Assembly (NCBI GenBank): GCA_021295755.1
Contig: JAGWBT010000002.1
Location: 7,256-71,255 of the forward strand
Source of the DNA: Candidatus Poribacteria bacterium
GTDB lineage: Bacteria; Poribacteria; WGA-4E; PCPOR2b
Length of the DNA stretch: 64,000 nucleotides
Reading direction: 5' to 3'
The notes beneath the pieces were generated by a model. That model was not told where the DNA came from, ran no database searches, and worked only from the letters and a program-made list of their open reading frames with translations. The position numbers were made by a program, and so were the translations under genes. Positions 1 to 10,006 of this stretch are shown here, piece by piece (position 1 is the stretch's first letter; every line of letters starts with the position of its first letter).

Positions 1-49
1 GGATTGCATGATTCTCACCCGTTTCGGCGAGGATCGAAGATTTCAAGTT

Positions 50-78
50 ACTGTACCAAACCCGCGGAGCGCGGTCAA
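50..78 (-). promoter_or_regulatory. sigma70-like promoter for a gene running off the left edge
   Basis: Reverse strand reads TTGACC-17 nt-TACAGT; a minus-strand ATG lies at 9-7. Confidence 0.45.
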
Positions 79-118
79 GTCGAAAAAATCGATGTTTTTT
101 TCAACGATAGATTTAACC

Positions 119-147
119 TTGACGCAGTTTAGGGGGCGTGATATAGT
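119..147 (+). promoter_or_regulatory. sigma70-like promoter, divergent from the previous one
   Basis: TTGACG-17 nt-TATAGT with a TG extended -10. Confidence 0.55.
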
Positions 148-194
148 TTTATCGATTTCCGCATTCCCGCATACGCAGAAAGCGAGAAATACCG

Positions 195-1343
195 ATGCCC
201 ATCATGGCTGAACCAAACCTCAAGACCGCTCGCCTTGGTGGCGTGGATGTACCCTCCGCTGATACTCTCAAAACGATGCACCACAGTTCCTACATTCTCC
301 ATGCTCGTGCCGGGAAGTTGAGCGAGGTTCCGGTCGAAAAGGTGCTGCTGCCGCCAGATCGGGAAACAAGTCCGCAGGCAATTCAGCTTGTTAAAGCACC
401 TAACGGCACAGTATATGCCAATCTCGGTAACATTATTTGCAAGAGCAGCGATGGGGGAAGGACGTGGGCAGCATATGATAAAGGTCCTGTCCGCGGGGTT
501 TTTGAAGTCCTCAAGGACGGTACATTCATCGGCTTAGGGAGTGAAGGTGAACATCCGAACACGAAGGTGGTCATCCACTCATCGGCGGACGAAGGGCGGA
601 CGTGGCGGAAGATCGGCGAAGTTCCGAACCCGGCGGGACACTGGGGCAGTGGATCGTGGATTTTTCGTCTGCCGGATGAGACGCTACTAGCGGCAATTGG
701 TCATGTAAATCACGTCTTTGAGCAAGCGGGGACGAGATTGGTCTACAAATCGGGCGGGGGCGACCTGTTCGTATATCGTTCAACTGATAGCGGACAGACG
801 TGGATGGATCCAGTCCGTGTGCATGATTGGACAAGCGAAGGTGGTGTTACGCTGACTCCGTCGGGCAAATTGGTCGCGGCGCAACGTTACCAACGACCCA
901 TGCTGCCCGATGATCCACCCGATCTGGAGCAGCGGACTGGCAGCGCAAATCCCGGTTGGCCCTATAAGCATGTGTGTGTGGTCGAATCCGATGATTGGGG
1001 TCGCACATGGAGGGACTTTCGTCAACTCGCAACGGTGTTCGGGCAAACGCGCGGCGATCCCGTAGCGTTAGGTGATAGCACCGTGATTGTTGTTCACGAC
1101 ACACGCTACGGCCCCGGACCGCCGGGTAGCCGGGCGATGATCAGCCGTGATGAGGGCAGCACATGGGAGGACGAGGTGTACTACCTAGATTACACCACAT
1201 TCACCGGCAGTTATGCCGACAGTGTTACGCTTGCGGACGACTGCATCCTATCCGTGGTCGGCTCTAGTCAGGCGGGCAACAGCTGGGAGGCAGTGCGGGA
1301 TAACACCGATTTTTACGCTATACGCTGGCGCCCGGTGGAATAG
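195..1343 (+). CDS. BNR/Asp-box repeat (sialidase-fold) glycosyl hydrolase-like protein
   Basis: Repeated SxDxGxTW boxes: SSDGGRTW, SADEGRTW, STDSGQTW, SDDWGRTW, SRDEGSTW. Confidence 0.8.
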   Translation: MPIMAEPNLKTARLGGVDVPSADTLKTMHHSSYILHARAGKLSEVPVEKVLLPPDRETSPQAIQLVKAPNGTVYANLGNIICKSSDGGRTWAAYDKGPVRGVFEVLKDGTFIGLGSEGEHPNTKVVIHSSADEGRTWRKIGEVPNPAGHWGSGSWIFRLPDETLLAAIGHVNHVFEQAGTRLVYKSGGGDLFVYRSTDSGQTWMDPVRVHDWTSEGGVTLTPSGKLVAAQRYQRPMLPDDPPDLEQRTGSANPGWPYKHVCVVESDDWGRTWRDFRQLATVFGQTRGDPVALGDSTVIVVHDTRYGPGPPGSRAMISRDEGSTWEDEVYYLDYTTFTGSYADSVTLADDCILSVVGSSQAGNSWEAVRDNTDFYAIRWRPVE

Positions 1344-1351
1344 TCGAAGGC

Positions 1352-2380
1352 ATGAGGATGAGCCAGTTAAATCAGGTGATAGAGCAGACTGTCAGTGAAA
1401 CGAGTTTTTCAGGCGTGATTTTTGTTAAACTCAATGGAACCGTAGAATTTGAAAATGCCTACAACTATGCAGATAGGAGCAATAAAATTCCGAATACGGT
1501 TGACACCCGTTTCGGAATAGCGTCAGGAACCAAGTTCTTGACTGCGCTTGGCATAGGAAAACTGGTTGATCGTGGCGAACTCTCTTTAGCTTCAAGGTTG
1601 TGTGACTGTGTAAATATTGATTTTCCGAATATATCAGAAGATGTCACTATCCACCATCTCTTAACCCATACTTCTGGGGTTTATGACTATTATGATGAGG
1701 AACTTATTGAGGATGTCGATAATTTTCAATTGGATATCCCCTGCTTTGAACTAAAAGGTCTCAAGGATTACATACCGCTATTTCGTGACGGGAACATGAA
1801 GTTTAACCCAGGGGAAAGGTTTTCCTACTCAAACGGAGGGTTTATTCTACTGGGAATCGTCATTGAGGAAATCTCAGAAACTCCCTATATCGACTTTATA
1901 CAAGAAAATATCTTTGAGTTATGCGAAATGAGCGATTCGGGATTTTTTGCGATGGACCGTTTGCCAGAACGTACGGCTAGCGGATATATTGACGGGGAAG
2001 AGGGGTGGAGAACCAACATTTTTACCTTACCAATTATCGGATCATCTGATGCAGGGGCTTTCACAACAGTAAAAGATATGGACAAGTTGTGGGGGGGCTT
2101 TTTTGAGGAAAAAATCCTTTCTAAACGGTTGACGAACCTATTTTTGGAAAAGGCGGTCAAAGACAGAGATAATAGATTTTACGGTCACGGTGTCTGGATT
2201 TACCATGAGCAGAGTAAAGCTCCAGTTCATTATCTCATAGGTTGGGATGCCGGCGTTTCTTTCAAGAGCACATGCCTTGCAAGGGATACAATTATAATAG
2301 TAATCTCTAATACGTCAGCTGGTGCGTGGGCGATAGATCGCGAAATCATGAAACAGTTGAGGACTTACGCAGTTTCATAA
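1352..2380 (+). CDS. serine hydrolase, beta-lactamase class C/AmpC-like family
   Basis: SxxK motif (IASGTK), LLTHTSG, and YSN motif (PGERFSYSNGG). Confidence 0.85.
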   Translation: MRMSQLNQVIEQTVSETSFSGVIFVKLNGTVEFENAYNYADRSNKIPNTVDTRFGIASGTKFLTALGIGKLVDRGELSLASRLCDCVNIDFPNISEDVTIHHLLTHTSGVYDYYDEELIEDVDNFQLDIPCFELKGLKDYIPLFRDGNMKFNPGERFSYSNGGFILLGIVIEEISETPYIDFIQENIFELCEMSDSGFFAMDRLPERTASGYIDGEEGWRTNIFTLPIIGSSDAGAFTTVKDMDKLWGGFFEEKILSKRLTNLFLEKAVKDRDNRFYGHGVWIYHEQSKAPVHYLIGWDAGVSFKSTCLARDTIIIVISNTSAGAWAIDREIMKQLRTYAVS

Positions 2381-2410
2381 GTCCCCCTGATAAGGGGGAT
2401 TTAGGGGGTT
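2360..2410. repeat. MITE-end motif AGGACTTACGCA followed by a REP-like GC hairpin
   Basis: aggacttacgca matches the IR at 53704/53784; TCCCCCTGATAAGGGGGA palindrome followed by TTTAGGGGG. Confidence 0.55.
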
Positions 2411-2529
2411 AAATAAAAACACTCATGTTAAGACTCATGTTAAGAATTAGTGTAACAGCATTGACCTACCTCAAAAACCGTAGGCGGGGCATCTGGTTTC
2501 CTCGCCCTTAACGCGTTCATCGTAATTGC

Positions 2530-3520
2530 ACTCCGCTTTTTCATCTCCCTTGCCATTGAGCAGGAGCCGGATAGTACCGCAGACAACTTTGGGATTAAGC
2601 CGCTGCCGAATCTGGAGACACCCTTTATCGCAGCAAACACGCTCATCGGTCTTGAAGAGGAGCGAAACCTGACAAGTACCAAAGCGAAAGCTTTAGAGCG
2701 GGAATTGGCTGATAACCGCGAGCGGCATTTCCACGCCACAACACGCCCGCAGAAGCTGGCGTGTAAGCGAGCGGACAAAAAATTGCGTCGAGCCTTGGCG
2801 ACAAAATTAAAGCATATCGGGAGGCCTCTTGATGATGCGGAAAAAATTGCCCGTTGGGACCCCTACGACCAAAATGCAAGTGCAGATTGGTTTGATCCGG
2901 AGTGGATGTTTGGTATCGGGGAGAGGTTTGCAGAAGCAGAAGATATTTTTGCTAGTACTTATCCTGCCATCCACGCACACTTTGAGTCCTTTCGAGAGAA
3001 ACTGATTAACCGATACGATCAGGGGAAATACTTCTGGGAGTTGCGAGCGTGTGCATATTGGGAGGAATTTCAGCAACCAAAGATTGTTTATCCTGATATA
3101 GCGCAAGGTACGGCGTTTGCCTTTGATGATAGCGGTTATTTTTGGGGAAATACTTCGTATCTCTTACCAACGAAGGAAATGTGGCTTCTCGGTTTACTCA
3201 ACAGCAAAGCCATTTTCTGGTTTTACACAAAGACAAGCACACAGATTCGGGGTGGGTTCGTGAGATTTATCGCTCAATATGTATCTCAAATCCCTATTCC
3301 TCCTATCAAGCCAGCGCAGAAAGCATCTATCAGCAAAATTGTCAATCAGATCCTCGCCACCAAACGCGCTAATCCAGACGCCGATGTATCCGACCTTGAA
3401 AATGAGATTGATCAGATAGTATACTTGTTGTACGATCTCACCCCTGAAGAAATTAAAATTGTAGAGGGAACAGAAAAATGTCTGAATCACGGATTAGACA
3501 GATTACACAGATTGCGCTGA
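2530..3520 (+). pseudogene. internally deleted type IIG (Eco57I/TaqI-C-like) restriction-modification gene remnant
   Basis: Reads RFFISL..IKPLPNLET..AANTLIGL, then WDPYDQNASADWFDPEWMFGI joined directly to the C-terminal region (YFWELRACAYWEEFQQPKIVYPDI, LENEIDQIVYLLYDLTPEEI). No N-terminus and no NPPY motif. Confidence 0.75.
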
Positions 3521-3570
3521 TTTTTTAATCCGTGTAATCCCTGAATCCGCGATAATCAGCGATTCAGACA
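3479..3570. repeat. 92-bp palindromic REP-like element with internal ~9-nt repeats
   Basis: TGTCTGAATC...GATTCAGACA ends; internal GATT repeats on the left mirror AATC repeats on the right. Confidence 0.7.
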
Positions 3571-3574
3571 GAGA

Positions 3575-3900
3575 TAGGAGTTACGCACATGGTCAGAAAA
3601 TAGGTTATAATAACGCAAGTTGCTAGACCGTATTGACATTTATGTGGAATCTTACTCATAAATCGAGGTGAATATGGCATCAGCAAACCTTCATCGAGCT
3701 AATATGGCAGGTCAGCAAACCGTTCACAGGCAACCGCTTTAGCATAGCGCCCATCTGTAAAACCGCTCAAGTATAGTGGCCATCAGGATTCTCGGCACAC
3801 CCGACAATCTATAAATACCCGTATAGGGCATTGAAAATATTTTTTTTACCTGTCAGTGCCCTGCCAAACCGCTGAATCGTGGTGGCGTGCAATGTCCATA
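3575..3900. mobile_element. degenerate MITE-like element related to 53704-54150
   Basis: First ~50 nt nearly identical to the sequence starting at 53704; also shares ccatcagg and gccctgccaaa..gaatcgtg blocks. Confidence 0.55.
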
Positions 3901-3993
3901 GTCAGACCACTTGGCTCCATTCGTGATCGGTAAAATTCTGGGTATTTTGTTGAGTATGATTTATTCAATTTAAGGGATATTAGTTCAGCGAAT

Positions 3994-4602
3994 ATGAAAA
4001 TTGCAGTTTTAGCTTCCGGCAGCGGAACCAATTTGCAGGCGTTAATTGATCAGCTCCACCACGAGAAAAATAGTGGGGTTAAAATCGCTGCGGTGATTAG
4101 TGATCGGAGAAAAGCTTACGCGCTCACTCGTGCCAAGGAAGCGGGTATTCCTACCTATGTGGTGAGGGTACGGGATTTTCCGGATCGAGATGCGTTTGAT
4201 GCAGGAATTTCGAGAATTCTTGACAAGTACGAAGTAGAGCTAATTGTTCTGGCGGGCTTTATGAAGCTGTTCCAACCAGCGTTTGTGCGGAAGTACCACA
4301 ACCGTATCATCAATATCCATCCGTCCCTACTGCCCGCGTTTCCGGGGGCGTACCCTGTGCGAGATACGCTGGCGTATGGCGTTAAGGTCAGCGGCGTAAG
4401 CGTTTTCTTTGTAGATGAAGGGGTTGATGCTGGACCTATCATCGCACAGGCTTCGGTGCCCGTATTCGACGATGATGATGAAGAAAGCCTGCTCAAGCGG
4501 ATTCATATTGAAGAGCATAAACTGTATCCACAGGTTGTTCGATGGTATGCGGCTGGTGCCCTTGAAATTGTTGGCAGAAAAGTCCTTGTGAGGGAGTCGT
4601 AA
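3994..4602 (+). CDS. purN: phosphoribosylglycinamide formyltransferase
   Basis: KIAVLASGSGTNLQA, LAGFM, NIHPSLLP, VDAGPII. Confidence 0.95.
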   Translation: MKIAVLASGSGTNLQALIDQLHHEKNSGVKIAAVISDRRKAYALTRAKEAGIPTYVVRVRDFPDRDAFDAGISRILDKYEVELIVLAGFMKLFQPAFVRKYHNRIINIHPSLLPAFPGAYPVRDTLAYGVKVSGVSVFFVDEGVDAGPIIAQASVPVFDDDDEESLLKRIHIEEHKLYPQVVRWYAAGALEIVGRKVLVRES

Positions 4603-4603
4603 A

Positions 4604-5539
4604 ATGTTGGCTATTTCGACCATGTGGAACGCTTTGAGACAACCGGATGGGGCAGCGCTGCTTGACGAACTCAAGGAACTTGGATTTGATGCGATTGAAC
4701 TCAGCCGACACCTGACACGAGCACAGATTGAGCAGATTAAGCCTCACCTAGCGACGACACAGATCTGTTCTATTCACAACTTTTGTCCTGTTTTGCATGG
4801 TCTCCCACAATCCGAAGCGGAGAGTGATCCGATTCACTTGGCAAGTCTTGATGCGGATACGCGGAACGAAGCGGTTAAACAGACGATTCGGACGATGGAG
4901 TTGGCGGTCGAGATCGAAGTCCCAATCGTTGTGCTTCACTTGGGTAAGGTAGACACCTACGATCGTTCCTACCTGATGTATGATTTCTACGAATATGGCG
5001 AGCGGGAATTTGAGGCATTTAGGACGAAGGTGGAGGAAGCGACCGAGTGGCGTAAACGCAAGGAGGCGAAGCATCAGGATGCTGTGCTGTTTAGCCTTGA
5101 TGCGTTGAATGAAATGGCTTTGCGGATGAAGGTCTACTTAGCTATTGAGAATCGCCCACGCTACTATCAGATCCCCAATTTTGACGAGGTTGGGTTGTTC
5201 TTAGAAAAGTTCAAGGGAAGCAATATGCGGTATTGGCACGATGTCGGACACGCCATGCTTCAGGAGCGGGTGGGACTTTGTTGGTCACATCGTTGGCTGG
5301 AGAGATACACAGAAAACCTGATCGGCGTGAATTTGCACGACCTCAAGGACCTTGAGGCTTATCACCCGCCGGGATCTGGGGACCTTGACTTTGAAGAGAT
5401 CTTGGCGCAGATTCCACAAGATACGCTAACCGTTTTGGAGGTCCGAGATGCACCGGCGGAACAACTTGTTGAGGTGAGGGAAGAGTGGCAGTTATGGCGG
5501 AAACCCGAAAAACAGGATGGAGAAGACGGGCGCAGCTAG
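4604..5539 (+). CDS. sugar phosphate isomerase/epimerase (AP endonuclease 2 TIM barrel)
   Basis: GFDAIEL, LAIENR, WHDVGH, NLHD, HPPGSGDLDF metal-site pattern. Confidence 0.8.
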   Translation: MLAISTMWNALRQPDGAALLDELKELGFDAIELSRHLTRAQIEQIKPHLATTQICSIHNFCPVLHGLPQSEAESDPIHLASLDADTRNEAVKQTIRTMELAVEIEVPIVVLHLGKVDTYDRSYLMYDFYEYGEREFEAFRTKVEEATEWRKRKEAKHQDAVLFSLDALNEMALRMKVYLAIENRPRYYQIPNFDEVGLFLEKFKGSNMRYWHDVGHAMLQERVGLCWSHRWLERYTENLIGVNLHDLKDLEAYHPPGSGDLDFEEILAQIPQDTLTVLEVRDAPAEQLVEVREEWQLWRKPEKQDGEDGRS

Positions 5540-5648
5540 AAATATGCAGTTGAAATGAGCGGGGTAACACGATGACATGTGGTTATCCCGACACACTAAT
5601 TTTAGGGTAAACTACCCCACAAAGCCCACAACGAAACGGTTTTTAACT

Positions 5649-5664
5649 TGGCATCGTTGATGCA
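5649..5664 (+). promoter_or_regulatory. putative sigma54 (-24/-12) promoter upstream of murA
   Basis: TGGCATCGTTGATGCA fits TGGCA-N8-GCW spacing. Confidence 0.4.
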
Positions 5665-5792
5665 TATAGACATCATCAATCTATTCTGAGCTATTTTTTT
5701 ATAACTTCGGTATAGGGTTAAACGGGATTCAGAGATTGGCTCCCAATCCAAGCCGAAGTGAAACACAGATTCTTACGTTAGGAGAATTCATC

Positions 5793-7058
5793 ATGGATAG
5801 ACTCATCATCAACGGTGGTAAGCAGCTTAAAGGTACAATTCCAGTCAGTGGCTCTAAAAACGCAACGCTTCCTATTGCCGTTGCAGCGGCGATTCTAGCA
5901 GATGGTTCTAGCGTTATTCATAACGTTCCCAGTCTGAGGGATATTGATAGCCTCTGTGCGGTACTTGAAGTGCTGGGGGCGACGACGAAGTTAGAGAATT
6001 CAACACTCTATATTGAACCGGGGAACCGAATTGCTTACGAAGCACCCTATGACCTGGTCCGGAAGATGCGAGCATCAATTTATGTACTGGGTCCCCTCGT
6101 CGCACGTTTAGGTATCGCAAAAGTCTCTTTCCCTGGTGGCTGTGCTATCGGTCCACGTCCGGTAGACTTGCACCTGAAAGGGTTGCAGCAGCTCAGTGCA
6201 GAGGTTGAGATTGACAGTGGCTATATCATAGCACGGACGAATGGGTTGGTCGGTGCGGAGATGTATTTGAGAGGACCGCACGGCTCAAGCGTTGGAGCAA
6301 CTGCAAACGTCATGATGGCTGCATCGTTGGCAGACGGTACAACGACTATTCGTGGAGCTGCCTGCGAACCGGAGGTCGCTGATCTAGCAAATTTCCTCAA
6401 TGCGATGGGGGCAGAGATCAAAGGGGTTGGCACCTCTACCTTGACAATAGATGGTGTCAAACAGCTTCACGGTACGGAATATACTGTCATTCCAGATCGC
6501 ATCGAAGCAGGAACGTTCATGGTTGCGGGCGCTATTACGAAAGGAGACGTTTTTGTGAAGGATGCCCCTGTAGAACACCTTGGTGCTACCTCCGAAAAAT
6601 TAGTTGAGACAGGTGTTGAGTTGGATTGGACGGATAATGGCGTCCGCGTGAGGGCACCACGAGAACTTCGTGCAATCAATATCGCCACTGATACATATCC
6701 GGGCTTTCCCACAGACATGCAGGCGCAGATGATGGGCCTCCTCAGTATCGCACCGGGTATTAGCACTATTACGGAAGGCATTTACTTAGATCGCTTCATG
6801 CACGCGAGCGAACTCAATCGAATGGGAGCGGATATTCGCGTCGAAGGAAACCGTGCGATGGTACGTGGTAAGCTCAGACTTAGTGGTGCGCCTGTCATGG
6901 CGTCAGACCTCCGTGCGGGTGCGGTGCTTGTTCTCGCTGGCATGGCAGCGGTAGGCGAAACGGTTGTTTCCCGTATCTATCATATTGACCGTGGATATGA
7001 AAATATTGAGCAGAAACTGGCGGGTATTGGCGCGGATATTACCCGGGTGAGTGACTAA
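5793..7058 (+). CDS. murA: UDP-N-acetylglucosamine 1-carboxyvinyltransferase
   Basis: SGSKNATLP, RKMRAS, PGGCAIGPRP (catalytic Cys), YPGFPTDMQAQ, ASDLRAGA; RBS GGAG before ATG 5793. Confidence 0.97.
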   Translation: MDRLIINGGKQLKGTIPVSGSKNATLPIAVAAAILADGSSVIHNVPSLRDIDSLCAVLEVLGATTKLENSTLYIEPGNRIAYEAPYDLVRKMRASIYVLGPLVARLGIAKVSFPGGCAIGPRPVDLHLKGLQQLSAEVEIDSGYIIARTNGLVGAEMYLRGPHGSSVGATANVMMAASLADGTTTIRGAACEPEVADLANFLNAMGAEIKGVGTSTLTIDGVKQLHGTEYTVIPDRIEAGTFMVAGAITKGDVFVKDAPVEHLGATSEKLVETGVELDWTDNGVRVRAPRELRAINIATDTYPGFPTDMQAQMMGLLSIAPGISTITEGIYLDRFMHASELNRMGADIRVEGNRAMVRGKLRLSGAPVMASDLRAGAVLVLAGMAAVGETVVSRIYHIDRGYENIEQKLAGIGADITRVSD

Positions 7059-7073
7059 AAATCTATACGAACG

Positions 7074-8396
7074 TTGACAAGAAATGAGGAATTTTCTGTG
7101 ATCGCCATTCTTGATGCCCACTCGGACGAAGCAGCGGCTTTCATCGAAAAACTTAATCTGCGTGGAGGATTAGAAGATCCAAACATTCTGAGGACTGTCC
7201 GTAAAACTTTGCAAGATGTCCAAAGGGAGGGCGATCGAGCTGTTATTAAATATACACGCAAGCTTGACGCTCCACGAATCACTGTCAAAGAGATGCGAGT
7301 CACAGACGCAGAGATTGATGATGCATCTGCGCAGGTCGATTCAGAATTCCACGATGCGGTCAGGCTTGCGCGGACGAACATTGAGCGATTTCATCAGAAG
7401 CAGCTACGAAATTCATGGTTGTCCACAGAAGCAGATGGCGTCGTTTTAGGACACCTCATCCGTCCGTTAAGACGTATCGGTGTATGTGTTCCGTCCGTAA
7501 GTCAGTTGTTGGTTTCTTCGCTGATAATGAATCTGGTTCCTGCGAAGGTCGCGGGTGTTGAGGAGATTGCGGTCTTCATGGGACCGATGCGAAATCGGAA
7601 AATTGACCCACACATGCTGGTCGCTGCGGCATCATGTGATGTCCGTGAGATTTACAAGTGTGGCGGTGCACAAGCAGTTGGTGCGATGGCTTACGGGACA
7701 GACACCGTTCCGAAGGTGGATAAAATCGTCGGTCCGGGTAATTTATATGTCCAACTTGCGAAGAAAGAGGTCTATGGTCCTGTCGATATTGACAAGTTGG
7801 CGGGCCCCAGTGAAGTCCTGATTATCGCTGATCACACCGCAAATCCCGCCTATGTTGCAGCAGACCTAATTTCGCAAGCAGAACACAGCGTGGAATGTTC
7901 CGCCATTCTCATTACAACATCAAGAGAAATTGCAGAGCAAGTTTGTGCTGAGATTGAACGACAGGCTCAAAAGCTGCCCCGCCAATCTGAACTGACCGGT
8001 GCTTTTGAAAACTACGGTGTAGCGTTCGTTGTTGCAGATTTAGCCGAAGCAGTAGAGATTGCCAACGAAATCGCACCTGAACATGTCGAATTAGAGGTAG
8101 AAAATCCAATCGAATGGGTTGGTTCCATCCGTAATGCGGGAGCAATTATGCTGGGACCCTACACCCCCGAATCCGTTGGCGACTACATCGCCGGTCCCAA
8201 TCACATCCTGCCTACCGGTGGGGCGGCGAAATACGCATCGCCGCTGAGTGTTGATGACTTCCTAAAAAAAACAAGTATTATCTCCTATACCAAAACCGCC
8301 TTAGAAAAGGTCACGCCGGCTGTTGTCAAACTTGCTCAAATTGAGGGGCTTCAGGGACACGCGGAAGCGATGAAGATCCGATCCAATAAACATTAG
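7074..8396 (+). CDS. hisD: histidinol dehydrogenase
   Basis: GGAQAVGAMAYGT, KIVGPGN, AGPSE, SQAEH, APEH, GDYIAGPNHILPT. Confidence 0.96.
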   Translation: MTRNEEFSVIAILDAHSDEAAAFIEKLNLRGGLEDPNILRTVRKTLQDVQREGDRAVIKYTRKLDAPRITVKEMRVTDAEIDDASAQVDSEFHDAVRLARTNIERFHQKQLRNSWLSTEADGVVLGHLIRPLRRIGVCVPSVSQLLVSSLIMNLVPAKVAGVEEIAVFMGPMRNRKIDPHMLVAAASCDVREIYKCGGAQAVGAMAYGTDTVPKVDKIVGPGNLYVQLAKKEVYGPVDIDKLAGPSEVLIIADHTANPAYVAADLISQAEHSVECSAILITTSREIAEQVCAEIERQAQKLPRQSELTGAFENYGVAFVVADLAEAVEIANEIAPEHVELEVENPIEWVGSIRNAGAIMLGPYTPESVGDYIAGPNHILPTGGAAKYASPLSVDDFLKKTSIISYTKTALEKVTPAVVKLAQIEGLQGHAEAMKIRSNKH

Positions 8397-8513
8397 AACC
8401 GGATCAACGTCAAATACGAACGATTGGAAGAGAAGAAGGGAGAGCAACCTGCCGATCCTTTTTTGCCCCTCCAATTCCCTATTTCCCATTTCATGCAAAG
8501 GAGGTTTTTCTGC

Positions 8514-9242
8514 ATGTCACCTCTCCGGTTGGTCTGTGCGACAATCTATACCGGCATCCTTACTTTCGCCGGCACAGAATCTCATCCGTCTAATTCTAAA
8601 GTGCATGACCGCCTCATCACAACCTTTTCAATCGTTGGGCGCGATCCGGAGAATGGCGATCTTGGTGTTGCTGTTCAATCCAAGTTTTTTGCCGTTGGAG
8701 CCGTTGTGCCGTGGGCAAAGGCGGGTGTGGGGGCGGTGGCGACCCAATCGTGGACAAATACGACCTATGGAGCAAAAGGTTTGGTACTTCTGGAAAACGG
8801 ACTCACGTCCCAACAAGCGTTGGACCAGCTAGTTGCCGGGGATGATGGCAAATCGCAGCGTCAGGTCGGCATTGTTGATTCAGACGGTAACGTCGCTAAC
8901 TACACCGGCGATGAATGTCTTGACTGGGCGGGCGCGCGCAGCGGAGAGAATTACTCCGCACAGGGCAACCTACTGGCGGGCAAAGCGGTGGTCGATGCGA
9001 TGGGTAAGACGTTCGAGGAAACAGAGGGAGAACTGGCAGAAAAACTGATGGCGGCACTGATTGCGGGGCAGGAAAAAGGTGGGGATCGGCGTGGACAGCA
9101 GGCGGCAGCGTTGCTCGTCGTACGTGAGAACGGTGGAGAGGGTGGTTTTAATGATCGGTATATCGATCTACGAGTTGATGACCATAAGCAGCCAATTAAA
9201 GAGTTGCATCGGCTGCTAAAAATTCAATTGAGTATGCGGTAA
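8514..9242 (+). CDS. DUF1028 family Ntn-hydrolase-like protein
   Basis: TFSIVGRD..GDLGVAVQS, GAVATQS, QGNLL, GGDRRG, DLRVDDH; RBS AAGGAGG. Confidence 0.85.
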   Translation: MSPLRLVCATIYTGILTFAGTESHPSNSKVHDRLITTFSIVGRDPENGDLGVAVQSKFFAVGAVVPWAKAGVGAVATQSWTNTTYGAKGLVLLENGLTSQQALDQLVAGDDGKSQRQVGIVDSDGNVANYTGDECLDWAGARSGENYSAQGNLLAGKAVVDAMGKTFEETEGELAEKLMAALIAGQEKGGDRRGQQAAALLVVRENGGEGGFNDRYIDLRVDDHKQPIKELHRLLKIQLSMR

Positions 9243-9299
9243 GACTAGGAAACTATAAAATTATTGGCAATCTGCGCTAAATTTTCTGATGATTTGCAA

Positions 9300-9935
9300 A
9301 TGAAAACAGCACTACCCCCTGCAGCCTTTGCACGAATTGATGAAACCGATGATCGCCTGTTTTACACCGAACCCCGTATCGTGACCCATATTGACGACAA
9401 CGCAATCGCTGTAATTAAGGAATTTTTCGATCAAACCTTACCGAGAAATACCGTCATATTAGACCTGATGAGCAGTGCCTTCTCCCACCTACCCGAAGGG
9501 TTCCCCGCTCAACGTATAGTCGGATTGGGATTGAATGCAGTAGAACTTCAAGTCAATCCTGTCCTTGACGAATATGTAATTCATGATCTCAATGCCGATC
9601 CAACCCTCCCTTTTGACGATAGGGAATTTGCAGCGGTAATCATGACTGTTTCGATGCAGTATCTGACAAAGCCAGTCAAGGTTTTTCGTGAGGTGCATCG
9701 CATTCTTCAGCCAGATGCTCCGTTCATCGTCATTTTTTCCAATCGTCTGTTCCCAACGAAAGCAGTCTACATCTGGCGTGTAACCTCTGACGGTGAGCAC
9801 GCCGAATTGGTGCAGCATTACTTCCGTTTGGCGGGCGGCTATGCGGAAGTCACATTTTTGGATTGCACCCCACAGACCGATGAATACACGGATCCTGTGT
9901 ATATCGTTATGGCGAATAAGTCTGAGGGATCTTAG
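9300..9935 (+). CDS. class I SAM-dependent methyltransferase (type 11)
   Basis: DETDDRLFY.EPRIVTHIDD, LDLMSS, FSNRLFPTKAV. Confidence 0.8.
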   Translation: MKTALPPAAFARIDETDDRLFYTEPRIVTHIDDNAIAVIKEFFDQTLPRNTVILDLMSSAFSHLPEGFPAQRIVGLGLNAVELQVNPVLDEYVIHDLNADPTLPFDDREFAAVIMTVSMQYLTKPVKVFREVHRILQPDAPFIVIFSNRLFPTKAVYIWRVTSDGEHAELVQHYFRLAGGYAEVTFLDCTPQTDEYTDPVYIVMANKSEGS

Positions 9936-10006
9936 ATACGACAAACAACTGATTTTTTTATATTCGATAGTTTGACAAAACTACGGTGAAAGGAGAATTC
10001 TGAATC

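Noticed and set aside
1352..2380. Serine hydrolase as a true beta-lactam resistance gene
   Set aside because: No signal peptide and no canonical KTG motif; it belongs to the broad esterase/peptidase family.
3671..3742. Imperfect direct repeat forming a 22-codon ORF with an RBS
   Set aside because: Lies within MITE-like debris; too short to support as a gene.
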